Shown here in pieces: positions 9,776-19,845 of a stretch of DNA of 64,000 nt. Under the pieces are notes generated by a model. It made no database searches, was not told the origin of the DNA, and worked only from the letters and a program-made list of their open reading frames with translations. Both the position numbers and the translations under genes were made by a program. The stretch comes from a virus (taxonomy: Duplodnaviria > Caudoviricetes), in IMG/VR virus record IMGVR_UViG_3300038345_000076, positions 32,001 to 96,000 of that record. One strand, given 5' to 3'. Positions within the stretch are counted from its first letter, which is position 1. Each line of letters begins with the position of its first letter.

Positions 9776-10510
9776 TTAGTGAGCAACCGAGGTGTAATCT
9801 TCCCAATTTTCACCGTTGGAATCATCAGGACAAAGAGGTGCATCTTCTTTCCATTCCGTTTTTGCAAACTCCAATGCTTCTTCATAAGAGGATGCTTCGA
9901 TGTCGAATGTGCGAGAGTATGAGCCGGACACTCGAATGACAAACTTTTGATTTGTCTTGCTTTCAACGTAGGCAATTAGTTTGTCAAGGTCATCTGAAAG
10001 CAGACTTTCGCATTGGTCACTGTAAGAGCAGTGATGATGATGGTTTTCAATGCAGAAACAATCATCCTCATCAATATACAATGATTCTACGCCAACAGAT
10101 AGCGTTTCTCCATTAATAGACAGTCTGGTGGCGAAAGTTCCGTCGAACTTTATTCGTCCACCATTCCGCTTAACGATTTCTCGTAGGTGGGAAAGTTTCT
10201 TTTCTCGTACTTCTTTCTGCAAGTGGTCGAGAATGTCAAGGAATGATTCAGGGTCATAGGCAAAAATAGTTTCCCCTTCAATTTTCTCTGTTTCCTGAGC
10301 AACGTTATTGACATGGAAGATAACCATTCCATCATTGTCAGTCTCAACGGCTGTGCATTCTTCTGTTGTGGCTGTATCACCTTCAACATAATGAACAAAG
10401 AATGTTTTGGTAAAATCGTGTTTGCAACCATAACCAAGAATGTTCCTGATTTCATTCAGAATATCGTTCTTGACATTCATGATTCTCTCTGCATAATCTT
10501 TTCTTTCCAT
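9776..10510 (-). CDS. Hypothetical protein with a C-terminal DpnD/PcfM-like domain
   Basis: Likely start MERKDY; C-terminal KFVIRVSGSYSRTFDIEASSYEEALE. Confidence 0.6.
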   Translation of the reverse strand: MERKDYAERIMNVKNDILNEIRNILGYGCKHDFTKTFFVHYVEGDTATTEECTAVETDNDGMVIFHVNNVAQETEKIEGETIFAYDPESFLDILDHLQKEVREKKLSHLREIVKRNGGRIKFDGTFATRLSINGETLSVGVESLYIDEDDCFCIENHHHHCSYSDQCESLLSDDLDKLIAYVESKTNQKFVIRVSGSYSRTFDIEASSYEEALEFAKTEWKEDAPLCPDDSNGENWEDYTSVAH

Positions 10511-10574
10511 AATAAACTGAATTTTAAAAGTTAGACAATAGTGAATCGCCCAAGTATTAAGTTGGGCGAAACTC

Positions 10575-11006
10575 TTAGTCAATGAACATACCAAAATCAA
10601 TCTTCTTTGCCTTTTGTCCGTTAAGAACTGGCTTGGTGGAAAAGACATAGGTATGCACATTGTCTGTAATGCAGTGACTTCCAAAGATGTGATAGCCCGC
10701 TTTCTGAATAGCCTTAAACACGGCTTTCATTTCACATGTTCTGACCTTCATACTGAAAGGGTATCTCCTCTTGTCAATCTTCTGTGTTACTATACCAGTC
10801 ATTTTAGTCATTGCAGAAGATTCATAGAATATATGTACTTCTGCACTTTTGTCTGAATAGTCCCAGATTCTCAGGGTGTAGAAACCTTTTTCCAGACCAT
10901 TTTTCATCCAATAGATGATGTGGTTGCAGATGTCATGAACAACTTTTGCTCTCACTTCTTTTGGCTGAACGTAATCGTTAGCCGGAATATTTACCTGTAC
11001 TTTCAT
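10575..11006 (-). CDS. Hypothetical protein
   Basis: 143-aa ORF in the array. Confidence 0.7.
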   Translation of the reverse strand: MKVQVNIPANDYVQPKEVRAKVVHDICNHIIYWMKNGLEKGFYTLRIWDYSDKSAEVHIFYESSAMTKMTGIVTQKIDKRRYPFSMKVRTCEMKAVFKAIQKAGYHIFGSHCITDNVHTYVFSTKPVLNGQKAKKIDFGMFID

Positions 11007-11077
11007 GTGAATTGAATTTTATAAATTAGACAATAGGCAGTAAACACGATGCTTGGTCGTGCTTACCGATAGCGAGT

Positions 11078-11332
11078 TTAGCCATAGACGGCATCCCAAT
11101 CTACCTCAGAAACTTCTTTCTCGGCTGTAATACCCATATCGAGGTTGATGTGTGGGTCGGTGTCCTGGTCTTCAACATACTGCATACAGAAATCAATGAA
11201 GCAACAAGTTCTGGCTTCATTCTCATGGTCATTCTTTGGGAACTTAATACCGCGAGCAACGATCTCTTTCTCAAACATTTCGCCAAGCACGGCAATCTCA
11301 CCGTAAGATGGCTGATACTGATATGTACTCAT
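11078..11332 (-). CDS. Small acidic hypothetical protein
   Basis: 84-aa ORF in the array. Confidence 0.65.
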   Translation of the reverse strand: MSTYQYQPSYGEIAVLGEMFEKEIVARGIKFPKNDHENEARTCCFIDFCMQYVEDQDTDPHINLDMGITAEKEVSEVDWDAVYG

Positions 11333-11400
11333 AATTTTAAAATTTAGAATTTATCGTACTCTCTGCATTTGTCAGGACACAGAGAGAGGTAGATAATAGA

Positions 11401-11652
11401 TTAAATTCTTGACTCCATTGCTTTTTGAAGGATAGTTTTGTTTTCGCTTGAAAGTGAATCAATATCCAAATCACCTTCAAACTCAAAACATCCGACGTGA
11501 ATGAAGATTTTATCCTCTTTGTCGGAATACCAAATGCTTTCAACATCTACTTCGTTGTCGAAAATGCGGAGTCTTACTTTTAGGTCTATTGCATAGAAAT
11601 TCTGTTCATTTCTGTGCATAAAGTCCATTGCTGTTTCTTGAATTGTACTCAT
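11401..11652 (-). CDS. Small hypothetical protein
   Basis: Start MSTIQETA downstream of the hairpin-AGTACGA element. Confidence 0.6.
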   Translation of the reverse strand: MSTIQETAMDFMHRNEQNFYAIDLKVRLRIFDNEVDVESIWYSDKEDKIFIHVGCFEFEGDLDIDSLSSENKTILQKAMESRI

Positions 11653-11717
11653 ATTATATTCTTTTAATGTTAATCGTACTCCAATCTGTTTTTGAGCAGA
11701 TATGGAGTGAGAGAGTT

Positions 11718-12248
11718 TTAGAATGGCATCTTGTCGCAGGCTTTCTGCAACTTTTCCAGATAGGCTTCGTAGTCTTCGTAGTGCTCTTTTATGTTGTCGA
11801 ATGGTACTCCATTGCCAGGCTGTCCGTTTTGCCACCACGAAAGAACTGTCTCGTTGATGTCGAAATTGTCAATGTACTCTTGCAAATTCTTTTTCCGTAC
11901 CTTGTCAAGCGAGATAATCATGTCTTCGCCTGCATCGGTATAGCACTCAAGTTCTCCGTCGCCATTCGATGTGATGTCGAAGTCTTCAAGATAGAGTTCG
12001 TTGATGTAGTCTCTCCACGGTTCTCCATCAATAGTGAGTTTACATAAATCTCCATCCCATTCTACATCACAGAAATGACTTCCGTTTAAGTCATAGACAG
12101 AAACAGTGAATCCGATTGTTCCATAGGAACAGAACAATGGCTGTGTCTCGATTTCACGACCGTACCACGAATTTCTTCTTCTGTAATTCTCGTCGTTGAA
12201 TCTGTCTTCGAGAATCGCCTTGCATAGTCTGATTAAATACTTTTCCAT
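11718..12248 (-). CDS. Acidic hypothetical protein
   Basis: 176-aa ORF in the array. Confidence 0.7.
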   Translation of the reverse strand: MEKYLIRLCKAILEDRFNDENYRRRNSWYGREIETQPLFCSYGTIGFTVSVYDLNGSHFCDVEWDGDLCKLTIDGEPWRDYINELYLEDFDITSNGDGELECYTDAGEDMIISLDKVRKKNLQEYIDNFDINETVLSWWQNGQPGNGVPFDNIKEHYEDYEAYLEKLQKACDKMPF

Positions 12249-12288
12249 AATCTATTGAATTTTGTGGTTAGTGCGACTATTGCAGATA

Positions 12289-12492
12289 TTACCCTGCAAA
12301 TAGTCTTTTGATGTTCGGACGTGAACGCAAACCATCTTTGATAACTCTTGCGTTTGCTCCATGGCCGTAGTTCCCATACTTACCATACCTCCAGAACCAT
12401 CGGAAGTGTGGCTTGTCTGCATACTTCTCAACGAAATACTTTTCTCCGTTGATCTCGTAGTCTTTGGAGTTCTTTACGATAGTCATAATCAT
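12289..12492 (-). CDS. Small basic hypothetical protein
   Basis: 67-aa ORF in the array. Confidence 0.55.
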   Translation of the reverse strand: MIMTIVKNSKDYEINGEKYFVEKYADKPHFRWFWRYGKYGNYGHGANARVIKDGLRSRPNIKRLFAG

Positions 12493-12548
12493 TGAATTTT
12501 AGGGGTTAGTGTGCCATGCTCAACTGTTAATTCAAACATGACTGAGAG

Positions 12549-12770
12549 TTAGTAAGTTATCCATTCCGCTTTGTACTTCTTTCCGTTTATAGAAAAGATA
12601 ACTTTGGTATAAGCACTTCTCACATAGATGTTGTACTCTCTGACAGTTCTGTCAAGCCAGTCAACCCATCCTCTAAAATGCTCAGTCATTTCTCTACGGT
12701 TGTTTCCGAAAAGTTTCTTTTCGTACAAACATTCCTTGTAGTTCGTTTGGAATTTGTAAAGTGGTAGCAT
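12549..12770 (-). CDS. Small hypothetical protein
   Basis: 73-aa ORF in the array. Confidence 0.6.
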   Translation of the reverse strand: MLPLYKFQTNYKECLYEKKLFGNNRREMTEHFRGWVDWLDRTVREYNIYVRSAYTKVIFSINGKKYKAEWITY

Positions 12771-12824
12771 AATCTTTGAATTTTTGGTGAATAGTAAAGA
12801 CTTGGGTTGTTAAGCCAAAATCTT

Positions 12825-13298
12825 TCAAAAGTCTGTCATGTGCAATTCGTAAGGCATTATGTCACGTTTCACTCTTGCGCCATGGCCGAAGATTAAACTT
12901 TCAGACAAAGTGTTTCCGATTTCAATACCTCAGAATAGACGAATGTTTCTCAGTTGGTCTTTGTCTGCACACAATTCACGTACTTTCAAGCGAACCGCAT
13001 ACACGCAAACTTTGTCGTAAGGATATGCGATTTCACCGAACAGACGTGCAGAAGAAGGAAACACGCTAAGATAGACGTAACCGATTTTGCTCTGATAACT
13101 GTTTCTGCGCTTTCTGCTTGTTCTTAGCAGTCCTTCGCTTGCAATGTCGTGCCGTGAAGACGTGCCGTGATAAAGTATGATATATTCTTCTCTATATTGG
13201 CGCAGGATTTGAGCAAACTGCTTTATTTCTTTTGCCGTGGGAGTGTCGTTATATACATACTTTTTTGTTTGCTCATAGTTTCGCAAATCAATCTCCAT
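12825..13298 (-). pseudogene. ADP-ribosyltransferase-fold (YHGT) gene interrupted by an in-frame TGA at 12930-12932
   Basis: ILYHGTS...EGL...YVYLS motif. The frame continues past the TGA (GIEIGNTLSESLIFGHGARVKRDIMPYELHMTDF) to a TGA at 12825, where the intergenic hairpin begins. Confidence 0.55.
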
Positions 13299-13359
13299 AG
13301 ATAATTTGAATTTATTTGGTTTATTGCAGAACGCGGAGAGGTAAACCTCCGCACTCCGA

Positions 13360-13902
13360 TTAGTAATTGAAACTCTTGTCTTTCGGAACTTCCGAATAGT
13401 GTAACTCTTCGCTCCAGATACGATACTCGAAAGTATCATAGTCGATGCGCACAAAGATGGTTTGACTTCTCTTCGGATTCTTGCTCACGTCCCCCATAAC
13501 GCTATCGCCAAAGACTTTAAGGAACACTTTCTTGTGGTCTTCTCTTGCTCTCCAAATTTGCAATGCAACATGGTTTCGCATGAGTTTGATTGCATCTTCC
13601 AACCTTGCAAAGTGGTGGTGGCCAGTGCTCCAGCCGTGGTCGTTCACTTCACATCTGATAAAGTAAACTCTTTGCGGTCTTGCGTCGATGGCATCTTCCA
13701 GACCTTCAAGATACTCAATCATCTGTGCGGAAGTTCTGTGCGTGTTTACTTGACTAAAAGGATAAGGAGGAAATTCCGTTCCGTTGCTTGACGTGTAAAG
13801 ATACCAAGTTCCGTTCTTTCTTCCGAGCCGCAAATCAGTCTTCGCTTTCTCGTTGATGCGCTTCACCTGATTGTTGATGATTTCTTTGTTTGTTATAGCC
13901 AT
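13360..13902 (-). CDS. Hypothetical protein
   Basis: 180-aa ORF in the array. Confidence 0.7.
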   Translation of the reverse strand: MAITNKEIINNQVKRINEKAKTDLRLGRKNGTWYLYTSSNGTEFPPYPFSQVNTHRTSAQMIEYLEGLEDAIDARPQRVYFIRCEVNDHGWSTGHHHFARLEDAIKLMRNHVALQIWRAREDHKKVFLKVFGDSVMGDVSKNPKRSQTIFVRIDYDTFEYRIWSEELHYSEVPKDKSFNY

Positions 13903-13963
13903 AATTGTAAGAATTAAAAGTTGTGCTCCAGACAGAAACTTTGCTTTCGGTCTGGAAAGAGAG

Positions 13964-14191
13964 CTATCTACGGAATCGTATAAGCAACTTTGCTTCTTCG
14001 TAAACTTCTGGAGTTACGTTGTAGATGTATTGTCCGCAGCGAACAAGTTGCGCACTTTTCCCGTAAAACTGCTTTTTCATACCTGCAACGCTTCCACTTG
14101 CATGAAAATTAGGGAAGTTGCCTAACCCTAACTTACTTGCAAACTCCTTCCGTACCCTCAATAACGGGTAAGTTTTGCCTGAATCTGTCAT
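13964..14191 (-). CDS. Small hypothetical protein
   Basis: 75-aa ORF in the array. Confidence 0.65.
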   Translation of the reverse strand: MTDSGKTYPLLRVRKEFASKLGLGNFPNFHASGSVAGMKKQFYGKSAQLVRCGQYIYNVTPEVYEEAKLLIRFRR

Positions 14192-14245
14192 AACTGAAAA
14201 GTATTGGTTAATGTACTTCGCAGGGGTGTTGCGCCCTGCAAAGTT

Positions 14246-14689
14246 TTAGGCCGTGAACTTCTTCTCGTACTCAAGAATCTCTTCCCAAGAAATCCATTCG
14301 GGCTTCAGGTCGTCAGGAATCTTGTTCCAATGCTCTTTCATACTCTCAATCATTTCTTTTGCAGTCTGCCAGTGCGCATTGTTGTAATGACTTGCAGATT
14401 CGTAATACTTGCAATCCATCTGCATACGTGAAAGCATCATGTAATCAAACTTAAACGCTCTCTCACGCTCTTCACGTTCAGAACGTGGATTTGCGATTAC
14501 GATTTTACACTCAATCATTTTGTCTGGCTCGCCCTCGGAATCTGTTGCGGGGGAAAGACGATAAACGACTGAAATTTCGTTGTTCTTTGGCTCATCATGG
14601 CAATCCACATAATAATATCCTTTGGAATCTTGATAAAGATTTCCGTCCATTCTGTGTTCGCCAACTCTTGTAAGTTCTAAAGTCTTCAT
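14246..14689 (-). CDS. LPD11-like (large polyvalent protein-associated domain) protein
   Basis: FDYMMLSRMQMDCKYY...KPEWISWEEILEYEKK. Confidence 0.7.
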   Translation of the reverse strand: MKTLELTRVGEHRMDGNLYQDSKGYYYVDCHDEPKNNEISVVYRLSPATDSEGEPDKMIECKIVIANPRSEREERERAFKFDYMMLSRMQMDCKYYESASHYNNAHWQTAKEMIESMKEHWNKIPDDLKPEWISWEEILEYEKKFTA

Positions 14690-14750
14690 AATCGTAAATA
14701 TTTTAATGAGTTTTATCGTACTTTTGGGCGGTTGTAGGTCGCCCGAAAGT

Positions 14751-15242
14751 TTAGAGATTTAGCATCTTGTCAAGCCAAGTCGATTCGTCGATGATGTCGG
14801 CCATAGCATAGTAGTATTTGCCACTGGCTTTGTCGTAGAGATATTGACCGTAGAAAGTCATTGTCGTACACTCTCCGATAAAGAACATTGAATAACGCTC
14901 GTTACGAATCCACCTCTTAGGCGGCAAAACATTCAGAGCATAGTCGTATTCTTCCTGAGTTATCTCCTTTGGCTCTTTGCTCAACCACTTATCACGCTGG
15001 AGTTTGCAATACTCTTCCCATGTAACGGCACGGAAGCCGGATTGGAGAATCTTTGTAACTTTTTCAAGTTGAAACTGCCAGTGGTCTGACATGTTAGGAT
15101 AGTTTACGAGGTGGCTTTCATACAAAGCCTTGTCTTTCTCATAAAACTCCTTTGCACGTTCGATGTTGGTACTAACTTCAGATTCCTTGCAAGTGGTGAA
15201 GCAATCAAAATACGCATTGTTGATAATCAATAAATCTTCCAT
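14751..15242 (-). CDS. DUF1419-like protein
   Basis: KEITQEEYDYALNVLPP...FFIGE; likely start MEDLLII. Confidence 0.55.
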   Translation of the reverse strand: MEDLLIINNAYFDCFTTCKESEVSTNIERAKEFYEKDKALYESHLVNYPNMSDHWQFQLEKVTKILQSGFRAVTWEEYCKLQRDKWLSKEPKEITQEEYDYALNVLPPKRWIRNERYSMFFIGECTTMTFYGQYLYDKASGKYYYAMADIIDESTWLDKMLNL

Positions 15243-15301
15243 AATAGTTTGAATTTTAGTGATACATTGCAGTCGTGGGAGTTTTGAGGCTCCCATGACT
15301 T

Positions 15302-15778
15302 TTAGAGTTCGATCTTGATGTCATTCCACTCTTCCGGCAAAGTTCTAATCTGCTGCAGAATGTAGTCAACAATCTTGCGGTCGTAGATGTAGAAATGCCA
15401 AGCGTAAGAACACTCTCTCAGATTCCCGATAAAGACCCAGCAATTCGTTTCTTCAGCCCAATAAAGATTTACGCCGATATGACGGTCAGGCGTGTAGCCG
15501 TTCTTTCTAATGAAGTCGAATCGCTCTGCAATAGTGCAACCAGGCTGATAAGATGAAGGAATGTTGCAGTCAACGTACTTGTAGCCAGTCTTTCGGAAAT
15601 ACATCAATCTAACCGCCATTTCGTGACGCGAAAGTACTTCGTATTTCTTTGCGCATTTGTCGATGCGATGGAAATACGATTTCACTCCATTAACAACCAC
15701 AAAGTAATCTGTGTAGTTTCTGTCTTCACAATTCCAACGTGAAAACTGCTTGTAATCGTTCTTGATAATCTGTACCAT
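15302..15778 (-). CDS. Hypothetical protein
   Basis: 158-aa ORF in the array. Confidence 0.7.
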   Translation of the reverse strand: MVQIIKNDYKQFSRWNCEDRNYTDYFVVVNGVKSYFHRIDKCAKKYEVLSRHEMAVRLMYFRKTGYKYVDCNIPSSYQPGCTIAERFDFIRKNGYTPDRHIGVNLYWAEETNCWVFIGNLRECSYAWHFYIYDRKIVDYILQQIRTLPEEWNDIKIEL

Positions 15779-15841
15779 GATAATTGAATTTTTGTTAATT
15801 ATAGTTTTGTCAGTCAGAGAGTTTTCAGGCTCTCTGAGAGT

Positions 15842-16078
15842 TTAGGCAACCTTGCGAAATACTTCTTTCAAACCTTGTTTGGTGTACTTCAAGACCTTAA
15901 CAACATTCAGCCCTAAATCTTTCCAAGTCGGAAACTCTTCGAGTGCTGCTGCAACCGCTTCTTTGTTGTTCTTGAAAATTGCAGGACTGCTAACAGATGG
16001 CGCATCGTCTTCCGTGCAATACTCTACACGATAGTTTGGATAATGCTTGCCGTCATAGTCAAAATTGAATTTGTTCAT
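15842..16078 (-). CDS. Small hypothetical protein
   Basis: Start MNKFNF. Confidence 0.6.
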   Translation of the reverse strand: MNKFNFDYDGKHYPNYRVEYCTEDDAPSVSSPAIFKNNKEAVAAALEEFPTWKDLGLNVVKVLKYTKQGLKEVFRKVA

Positions 16079-16383
16079 AATCTTTTGAATTTTGGTAAAA
16101 ATAGTAGGTGCTTCCATCAATCAAAATGGCCGCACCCGAACACACTAAAATTAGCAAACTATGAATGTTGTGCCGTTCCAAACCATTTGCGACTGAAATC
16201 GTCGGAATCTTTGCAGTTGAAAACTATTCCGATACACTTACGATTCTGTTTCGCAAACTCTTCACGTTTCTTTAGAAACTCTTGCTCGGTTATTGGCTCG
16301 TATGGAGCCATCACATAGTAGTTAACCATAATCTTTTGATTTAATTTCGTACTTTGGGGAGTTGCAACGCTCCCCGAAAGTGT

Positions 16384-17043
16384 TCAGGCACACATTCTTT
16401 CGATGTTCTCACGTTTCTTGGAAACTTTGAAGCGGTACACCCAACGATGGTCGGAAAACTCATTGTAGTATTCTATTCCGCGCTCATCCATCAAACTCTT
16501 TACGTCGGCAATATTCTCTTCTGCATGGAAGTTGTAGAAGACCCAAACACCGATACCGTAAGTGGTGGGATAGACCAAGAACCGATTGTTATAGCCGCGT
16601 TCCTTGCAAAGTCTTTGCATAGCCATCGCAAACTTTCCGTATGTTCCGGCATAGACCTTGCGATCCTTCTCAACAAGTTTCTGGACGTACTCGACCGTGA
16701 TGACTTTCGACTTGACGTTTTCTTTCTTGACAAGCATCTGACCGCCATCGTGCTCAACGTATAAAGTATCGTACTCGTAAGGTGATGCGTGACGTTCCCA
16801 CGTCTGGTCTGCAAACTTTCGGCACTTTTCTTCAAACTCTTCCATCGACTCATAAAGTACGTTTGTTCTGCCTTCTTCAGTGGCTTTACTTCCTCGCACA
16901 TTGTCTTTGTTGTAGTTGTAGGAAAAGTCGTACATTTCCTGCCAGACTCTTTTCTTGAACTCTTCGTAAGTTTCCTCTGGAAACCAACGTACATTGATAC
17001 CCTGAACCTTCAGTGCATCAATAGTTTCTTTACTGATTCTCAT
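16384..17043 (-). CDS. Hypothetical protein
   Basis: 219-aa ORF in the array. Confidence 0.75.
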   Translation of the reverse strand: MRISKETIDALKVQGINVRWFPEETYEEFKKRVWQEMYDFSYNYNKDNVRGSKATEEGRTNVLYESMEEFEEKCRKFADQTWERHASPYEYDTLYVEHDGGQMLVKKENVKSKVITVEYVQKLVEKDRKVYAGTYGKFAMAMQRLCKERGYNNRFLVYPTTYGIGVWVFYNFHAEENIADVKSLMDERGIEYYNEFSDHRWVYRFKVSKKRENIERMCA

Positions 17044-17102
17044 AATTGCTGAATTTTAAATGATTAGTCGTACTTTCGTGGAGTGTCACCTCCACAAAAG
17101 TC

Positions 17103-17780
17103 TTAGGCTGCATCCTCGTAGATGCCGTTGAACTCTGTGCCATCCTCATAATAGAGTTTGTCAGGCCAGTTTGCGGAAATCATATCTCCAATAGATTCGT
17201 CTGACATTCTGTAATCATCTTCATCTGACCAAAGTCTCAGATAGTGATGGAAACAATCATCAAATAAATCGTGTAGAGATATGTTCCAATCGGGACTTTT
17301 GTACCATTCAAAGATTTTGTCTAAGATGTCGCAATCGTAGCACATTCCAGTAAACGGACAATCCTGCTCAACCCACCAGATATGAGAATAACGCTTGACG
17401 TGTTCCAGTCCGACAGGATGCTCTGAATCTTTTGCGTGAGGAACAAGTTTGCCGTAATACTTGCGGCTGCGAATGTCGTAGTAATACTTGTTGAGGAATC
17501 TCCAGAGATACTTTCCGCAAAGTTCCTCAGAGTTTGCGTCAAGTTCTGAATCCTCAAAGTGCCAGGTGATGAAACGATACTGATGGTCATAGTCAATTTC
17601 ATAGCGTATGCCAAAGACTTCGCAAAACTTATCCAGAGTGGCGCGTCTTTCATCTGCGTCTGTTTCTTGACAAATGTACCAATAGCCGTAAGTTTCTTCA
17701 CGGTCACGTTCACAAACTTCGTGTTTCGCATCTTTCGACAACTCGTCAAAATGATACAACTTTACAGTTACTTCTTTCAT
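17103..17780 (-). CDS. Acidic/aromatic hypothetical phage protein
   Basis: 225-aa ORF in the array. Confidence 0.75.
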   Translation of the reverse strand: MKEVTVKLYHFDELSKDAKHEVCERDREETYGYWYICQETDADERRATLDKFCEVFGIRYEIDYDHQYRFITWHFEDSELDANSEELCGKYLWRFLNKYYYDIRSRKYYGKLVPHAKDSEHPVGLEHVKRYSHIWWVEQDCPFTGMCYDCDILDKIFEWYKSPDWNISLHDLFDDCFHHYLRLWSDEDDYRMSDESIGDMISANWPDKLYYEDGTEFNGIYEDAA

Positions 17781-17848
17781 AGTCTCATAATTTTAATGTG
17801 AATAATATCGTACTCTCCACGATTGCAACATCATGGAAAGTATTTTGA

Positions 17849-17983
17849 TCAGCACTTGTAAAGTGAGGGCTTGACGAATCTTATTCCGTCTTTCCAAAGT
17901 TCTGTACCTTTGCACTTTGCGCAAATCTCAGCAAACTTGCCGACAAATGGAAATCCCATCGGCTTGACAATTCTTCTTCTCAT
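17849..17983 (-). CDS. Small basic peptide (44 aa, not in the ORF track)
   Basis: MRRRIVKPMGFPFVGKFAEICAKCKG..., flanked by hairpin-AGTACGA elements. Confidence 0.45.
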   Translation of the reverse strand: MRRRIVKPMGFPFVGKFAEICAKCKGTELWKDGIRFVKPSLYKC

Positions 17984-18512
17984 AATTGATATACTTTTTA
18001 TTGGTTAGTCGTACTTCCGACCATTGCAACAAGATCGAAAGCAAAAGTTTCAGAAACATAATCCAAGATTTTTCTGACAGATGAAAAACTTCTCAGCAGT
18101 AGCAAGCATCTTTTTTGTACCATAACCTTTCAGGTACAAAGTGTAAATCCGCTCAATCTGTGCGGAAATATCGCAAAAAGACTTTTTCATAAAAACTCCT
18201 TTCCTTAAAGATTTTATCGTACTGCCAACAAACGCAACTTTGTCGGCAGTAGGTTTTAGATCTCAAAGTTTTCATAAACAAACTTTGCAGCGGCATTGAA
18301 ATCGTTGCCGAAATTCTTAATCTCTCCGTTTGGTAATTCTACGTAATACATAATTGAAACTTTTTTTGGTAAAACATTATCGTACTTTCAACAGTTCTAA
18401 CACTATTGAAAGTAATAGCCCTCACGGGTTTCATAAAACACAATAACTAAAAACCTAAAACTAATATCGTACTGCCAAGAACTTTCACGTACTCAGCAGC
18501 CTGGTCGTACTC

Positions 18513-18722
18513 TCAAATCTCGTACTTTGTCACCTGAATGTTTATCTTCCAGAACTCCAGCCAGAACTTTCTGATTCTCGTACTGAACTTTGGAGAGTTC
18601 CAGACTAACACGGCATAAGCAATCGCAAAAGTTACATAAAGCAGACTATTGCAGCATAATGCCATGACGATGGGCGCAAGTATCAAAGTACCTGCAACGT
18701 AGATAAAAATTTTCTTTGCCAT
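18513..18722 (-). CDS. Small membrane protein
   Basis: Two hydrophobic segments. Confidence 0.6.
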   Translation of the reverse strand: MAKKIFIYVAGTLILAPIVMALCCNSLLYVTFAIAYAVLVWNSPKFSTRIRKFWLEFWKINIQVTKYEI

Positions 18723-18762
18723 AACTTGATTGAATTTTAGAAATAGAATACCAAACTATTAG

Positions 18763-19230
18763 TCAGATAGTTTGGTATGCGAAAGACTTTGCAGCTTTGA
18801 AGTCAAAACCGAAACTCAACAAAGTTTCCTTTGATATGCGCAAGTCCTTCATCTTCTCTTTCAGGCGCATAAACCAGTTGTCGCGTCTTTCGAGAAAAGA
18901 AAGTTTCTGTGATTCATCTTTGAATCCGTGAGAGAGTTCATCTTTCAGATCCTCAAAGTCGAAACGCGCAAACTTGCAAACTCTTTCGACCATTGGAATA
19001 GAAAGCAAAGTATCAAGCGCAACTTTGTTGCCATATTCAGTCAACTTGTTACGCGCATCATTGGCAAAGATCGGCTGAGAAACTTTTCTCGTACTCTGAC
19101 TTTGCCAGTAGTTTTGTTCCTTCATCTTCAGGAAATTCCAAAACTCTGTGTAGGGAATCTTCTGATCGATGGCTTCACGCTCCCAATCTTCTAAGATTGA
19201 GGAGGAAATAAAAGTCTTTTCTTGTTTCAT
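18763..19230 (-). CDS. Hypothetical protein
   Basis: Likely start MKQEKTF within ORF 18763-19404. Confidence 0.6.
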   Translation of the reverse strand: MKQEKTFISSSILEDWEREAIDQKIPYTEFWNFLKMKEQNYWQSQSTRKVSQPIFANDARNKLTEYGNKVALDTLLSIPMVERVCKFARFDFEDLKDELSHGFKDESQKLSFLERRDNWFMRLKEKMKDLRISKETLLSFGFDFKAAKSFAYQTI

Positions 19231-19794
19231 CTTTTTCTGTAAAATTGTAGGCAGCACAAAGTCTTTCATTTGCACTGCCTGGATTATGGCCTGATAGTGA
19301 CAAACTTTTGAGCCTGCAATGCCATACCTACTATATTGCCAAAGTAAACTTTGACCAGGGCTCGTCACCACTGCGTTTGGAGATTGCAGAAAGTTTTTCA
19401 CCACCAGACCGAACTAATGATAAAATTCAATTATGGACTTTTTCTAATATCGGCACATATAGTTTGCGGCTTCCATTTCACACGCAAAAACAACTTTATA
19501 AGACTGAATAATGCACTCAAACCTTTTGTTCCCAAACTTTGAAATGCAATACTTTCAGCCCGAAAGTTATTCCGATCTAAATAAGTCTGTCAAGTAAGAA
19601 CCGCCACAAAGAAACTTTGCAGCATGGGAAATGATTCTCACAAGACAAAGAACAAATAAAAGATGCAACCAGATAGAAAGTATTTCATTTCGTTTCCGGC
19701 TGCAAAAATTAGTGGCTCTCAAGTTACTCAAAAACTTTTGTACGTCAAATAATCGTATTAGCCAAACTTTTGCGACACCAAAAATAAAAGCATG

Positions 19795-19830
19795 AAAAAA
19801 GGGCTACAGACTTTTTGCGGTCTGTAGCCC
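19795..19830 (-). terminator. Intrinsic terminator after the 19846-20631 gene
   Basis: GGGCTACAGAC...GTCTGTAGCCC stem plus a U6 tract on the minus strand. Confidence 0.75.
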
Positions 19831-19845
19831 TTCTAACTTTGAGAG

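Noticed and set aside
12930-12932. Genome-wide stop codon reassignment
   Set aside because: Many intact genes end normally in TGA or TAG, and long genes are uninterrupted under code 11.
5809-18512. CRISPR array interpretation of the recurring intergenic motif
   Set aside because: The repeats are not identical, the spacing is gene-sized and irregular, and there are no cas genes.
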